From: an uncultured Alphaproteobacteria bacterium
GTDB lineage: Bacteria; Pseudomonadota; Alphaproteobacteria; CAVTAV01
Length of the DNA: 64,000 bases
Direction of reading: 5' to 3'
NCBI GenBank assembly: GCA_963732795.1
Contig: CAVTAV010000003.1
Location: forward strand, 194,674 to 258,673
Shown here: one piece after another, positions 61,830 to 64,000 of the stretch
How positions within the stretch are numbered: the stretch's first letter is position 1
Layout of the letters: the number at the start of each line of letters is the position of its first letter
Notes under the pieces: model-generated
What the model was told of the DNA's origin: nothing
Databases searched by the model: none
The model's input: the letters and a program-made list of their open reading frames with translations, nothing else
Made by a program: the position numbers and the translations under genes

Positions 61830-63600
61830 TCAATCGCTATAGAGCCAGTTGCGCATCACCGCGACCGCTTCGTCCGGGTGACGATCGACCAAGGTGCCGA
61901 CCTTCTTCAGCGCGGATTCCTTCACGCGGCCCTCGACATTGGCGATGTCGATCATGGACTTCGATCTCGTCCTGCGGCTGGCCGCCCGCTATGGCGAGTT
62001 GCTGCGCCTGATGGGCAAGCTGCGATGCGACCGCCTCACCGTCATGGGAGGCCTGGCCGATCATCTGCGTGTTCTGAGCCGGCCCGGCGTTGTAGGCGAT
62101 CTGGGGATGCCCGCCGGCTTGCGCGGCGCCCGGACCGGCGAGGGCCGGGGCGCCGGGCTGGCCCGCGATCTGCGGCATGCCCGTGTTTTCGCCATTGGCG
62201 GAGGCGTTGAGGATACCTTTGATGAGCGGCCGGATGACCAGGAAGATCACCAGGATCGAGACCACGCATAAGGCGGCGAGCTCGATCAGACGGACCATGT
62301 CGAGATCGCTGAAATCGAGCAGGCCCGGGCTCTCTTCCGTCGCATCGGGGATGGCGGGCTCGTTGAACTGGAGATTCGAGACCTGAACCGTGTCGCCGCG
62401 CTTCTGGTCAAAGCCGATCGCCGACTTCACGAGGTTCGAGATCTGGGTAAGCTGGTCGGCCGAGCGCGGCGCGTAGGTCTTGGTGCCGTCGTCGGCCGTC
62501 GTGTAGGTGCCGTCGACCAGCACCGCCACGGAGAGCCGCTTGACCGCGCCGGCCTCGTGGATCTCGTTCCGGATCGTTTTGGAGATCGAATAGACGACCG
62601 ATTCCGTGCTCTTCGAGTCGTTGCTCGTCCGGCCGCCGCCGCTGGCAGTCTGGCTCTGCTGGGAGCCGGGGAGATTCGACGAGACCGAGACGTCGGTCGA
62701 TTGGGGGGTCTGCTCGTTCGAGGCCGAATTCTGCTTGGTCGTCTCGCTTGAGGCCACGACCTGGCTGTCGGGATCGTAAATCTCGGCATTGACGGTCGTG
62801 CGGTCGAAATCGATATCGGCAGACACCTCGGCGCGCACGTGACCGGGGCCGACGACGCTCCCGATCAGCTTCTCGATCTCGCCCTTCAGGCGGTTCTCGT
62901 AGTCAATGCGGCGCTGCTCGGCCTGGGTCGACATGCCGGCCTGATCCGTGGGCGCGCCGTTCCCCGGGGCCAACAGGGTCGAATTCTGGTCGACGATGGA
63001 TATCTCGTCCGGCTTCAGATTCGGCACGGAGGAGGCCACGAGATGCTGGATGGCCTGCACCTCGGCGCCGGTCAGTGTGCCACGGGTGCGTAGGATGATC
63101 GCGGCGCTCGCCTTGGTCTCGTCCTTGCTGAACAGCTCGCGCTGGGGCAGTACCAGATGGACGCGCGCGGCCGAGACCTGGTTGAGCGAACGGATCGTGC
63201 GGGCGAGCTCGCCTTCGAGAGCCCGCAGCCGGTTGATATTCTGCTCGAAGCTCGTGGTACCGAGCGAGTTGCCGCGATCGAAGATCTCATAGCCGACCGC
63301 GCCGCCCGACGGCAGGCCCTGCTGGGCCAGGGACATGCGCAGCTTGAGCGCCTCGTCCTCGGGCACCATGATCGTGCCGCCGTCGCCGACCAGGCGGTAG
63401 GGCACCTGCATGCTGTCCAGCTGGGCGACCACCGCGCCCGAGTCCGACGGATCCAGTCCCGAATAGAGGAGGGACATGGCGGGCGTCGTGACGCGGCTGA
63501 TCAGAAAGAAGAAGAAGCCGAGGAGGGCGGCGGCAACACCGCCTAAGGCAATAATCCGGCCGACCCCAAGGCTACGAAGAAAACCGAGAAATCCGTTCAC
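61830..63600 (-). CDS. fliF: Flagellar MS-ring protein FliF (frame break near 61960)
   Basis: GYEIFD, RALEGELARTI, ARVHLV, RLSVAVLVDG, RGDTV; the repaired end reads ...VMRNWLYSD. Confidence 0.95.
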
Positions 63601-63691
63601 TCGTCAACCTGTACAAACGCACTGACTAAAGCTTACTCGCACAACCAAGGGGGCTGCCTTCGTTGCGGAGGTGACCTTACGCGGATTGCCG

Positions 63692-63706
63692 TGAATAAGC
63701 CGTTAA
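63692..63706 (-). promoter_or_regulatory. CtrA-like site upstream of fliF
   Basis: Minus strand TTAA-CGGCTTA-TTCA (N7 spacing). Confidence 0.55.
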
Positions 63707-63762
63707 TGAGCGGGCAAAATTTGCCCACCTGCTGGAATGCATGACTCAATAGTGTATAACGC

Positions 63763-63791
63763 AAAACGGGGCGCCGCCCCGCGGCACCCCG
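63763..63791 (-). terminator. Rho-independent terminator after sciP
   Basis: Minus strand CGGGGTGCCGC-GGG-GCGGCGCCCCG followed by TTTT. Confidence 0.65.
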
Positions 63792-63818
63792 CCGTTTCCG
63801 CCACTCAAGGCGAAGGCG

Positions 63819-64000
63819 TCAGTTGTCGTTCGAAGTCTTGGCGCGGTAGTGCTGAAGCCGCGTGGCGCGAAGTCCGGCGATGCCGTTGCGCTCGATCGCC
63901 TGCTGCCACGAGAGATATTCCTCGACCGAGAGCTGGTAGCGCGCGCAGGCCTCTTCGAGTGACAGCAGGCCGCCCCGAACGGCAGCGACAACTTCGGCCT
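63819..64000 (-). CDS. sciP: CtrA inhibitor SciP (DUF1153); 5' end lies outside the window
   Basis: Not in the ORF track. Manual translation: AEVVAAVRGGLLSLEEACARYQLSVEEYLSWQQAIERNGIAGLRATRLQHYRAKTSNDN*. Confidence 0.92.
   Translation of the reverse strand, partial: AEVVAAVRGGLLSLEEACARYQLSVEEYLSWQQAIERNGIAGLRATRLQHYRAKTSNDN

Overview
High-GC alphaproteobacterial chromosomal segment with four blocks. (1) 1-27.9 kb: an exosortase A (XrtA/PEP-CTERM)-associated exopolysaccharide locus with export and chain-length genes, glycosyltransferases, an O-ligase, wecB and a deacetylase. It also has an ACP/acyl-ligase/decarboxylase/hydrolase/aminotransferase/GNAT/FemAB tailoring set, three AsnB-like proteins and an embedded atypical tRNA-Val. 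(2) 29.2-36.1 kb: phoR-pstSCAB-phoU-phoB with a Pho box. (3) 36.3-39.1 kb: a four-gene RiPP-like operon divergent from phoR, encoding a Tat-like small protein, a PqqD/RRE protein, an HprK-related kinase and a nucleotidyltransferase. (4) 39.5-64 kb: cell-cycle, chemotaxis and flagellar genes (chpT, cheA-W-Y-B-R, ctrA, fliI/J, FliK-like, flhG/F/A, flbD, motA, fliN/H/G/F, sciP). Most notable are a CheA carrying a truncated (2/2) haemoglobin domain where P2 normally sits, the RiPP-like operon, and tandem NrdR-like boxes with no nrd gene nearby. About 27 genes show single-base frame breaks that look like uncorrected long-read errors, so several boundaries are reconstructed by eye. All family assignments come from recognising motifs; no searches were run.
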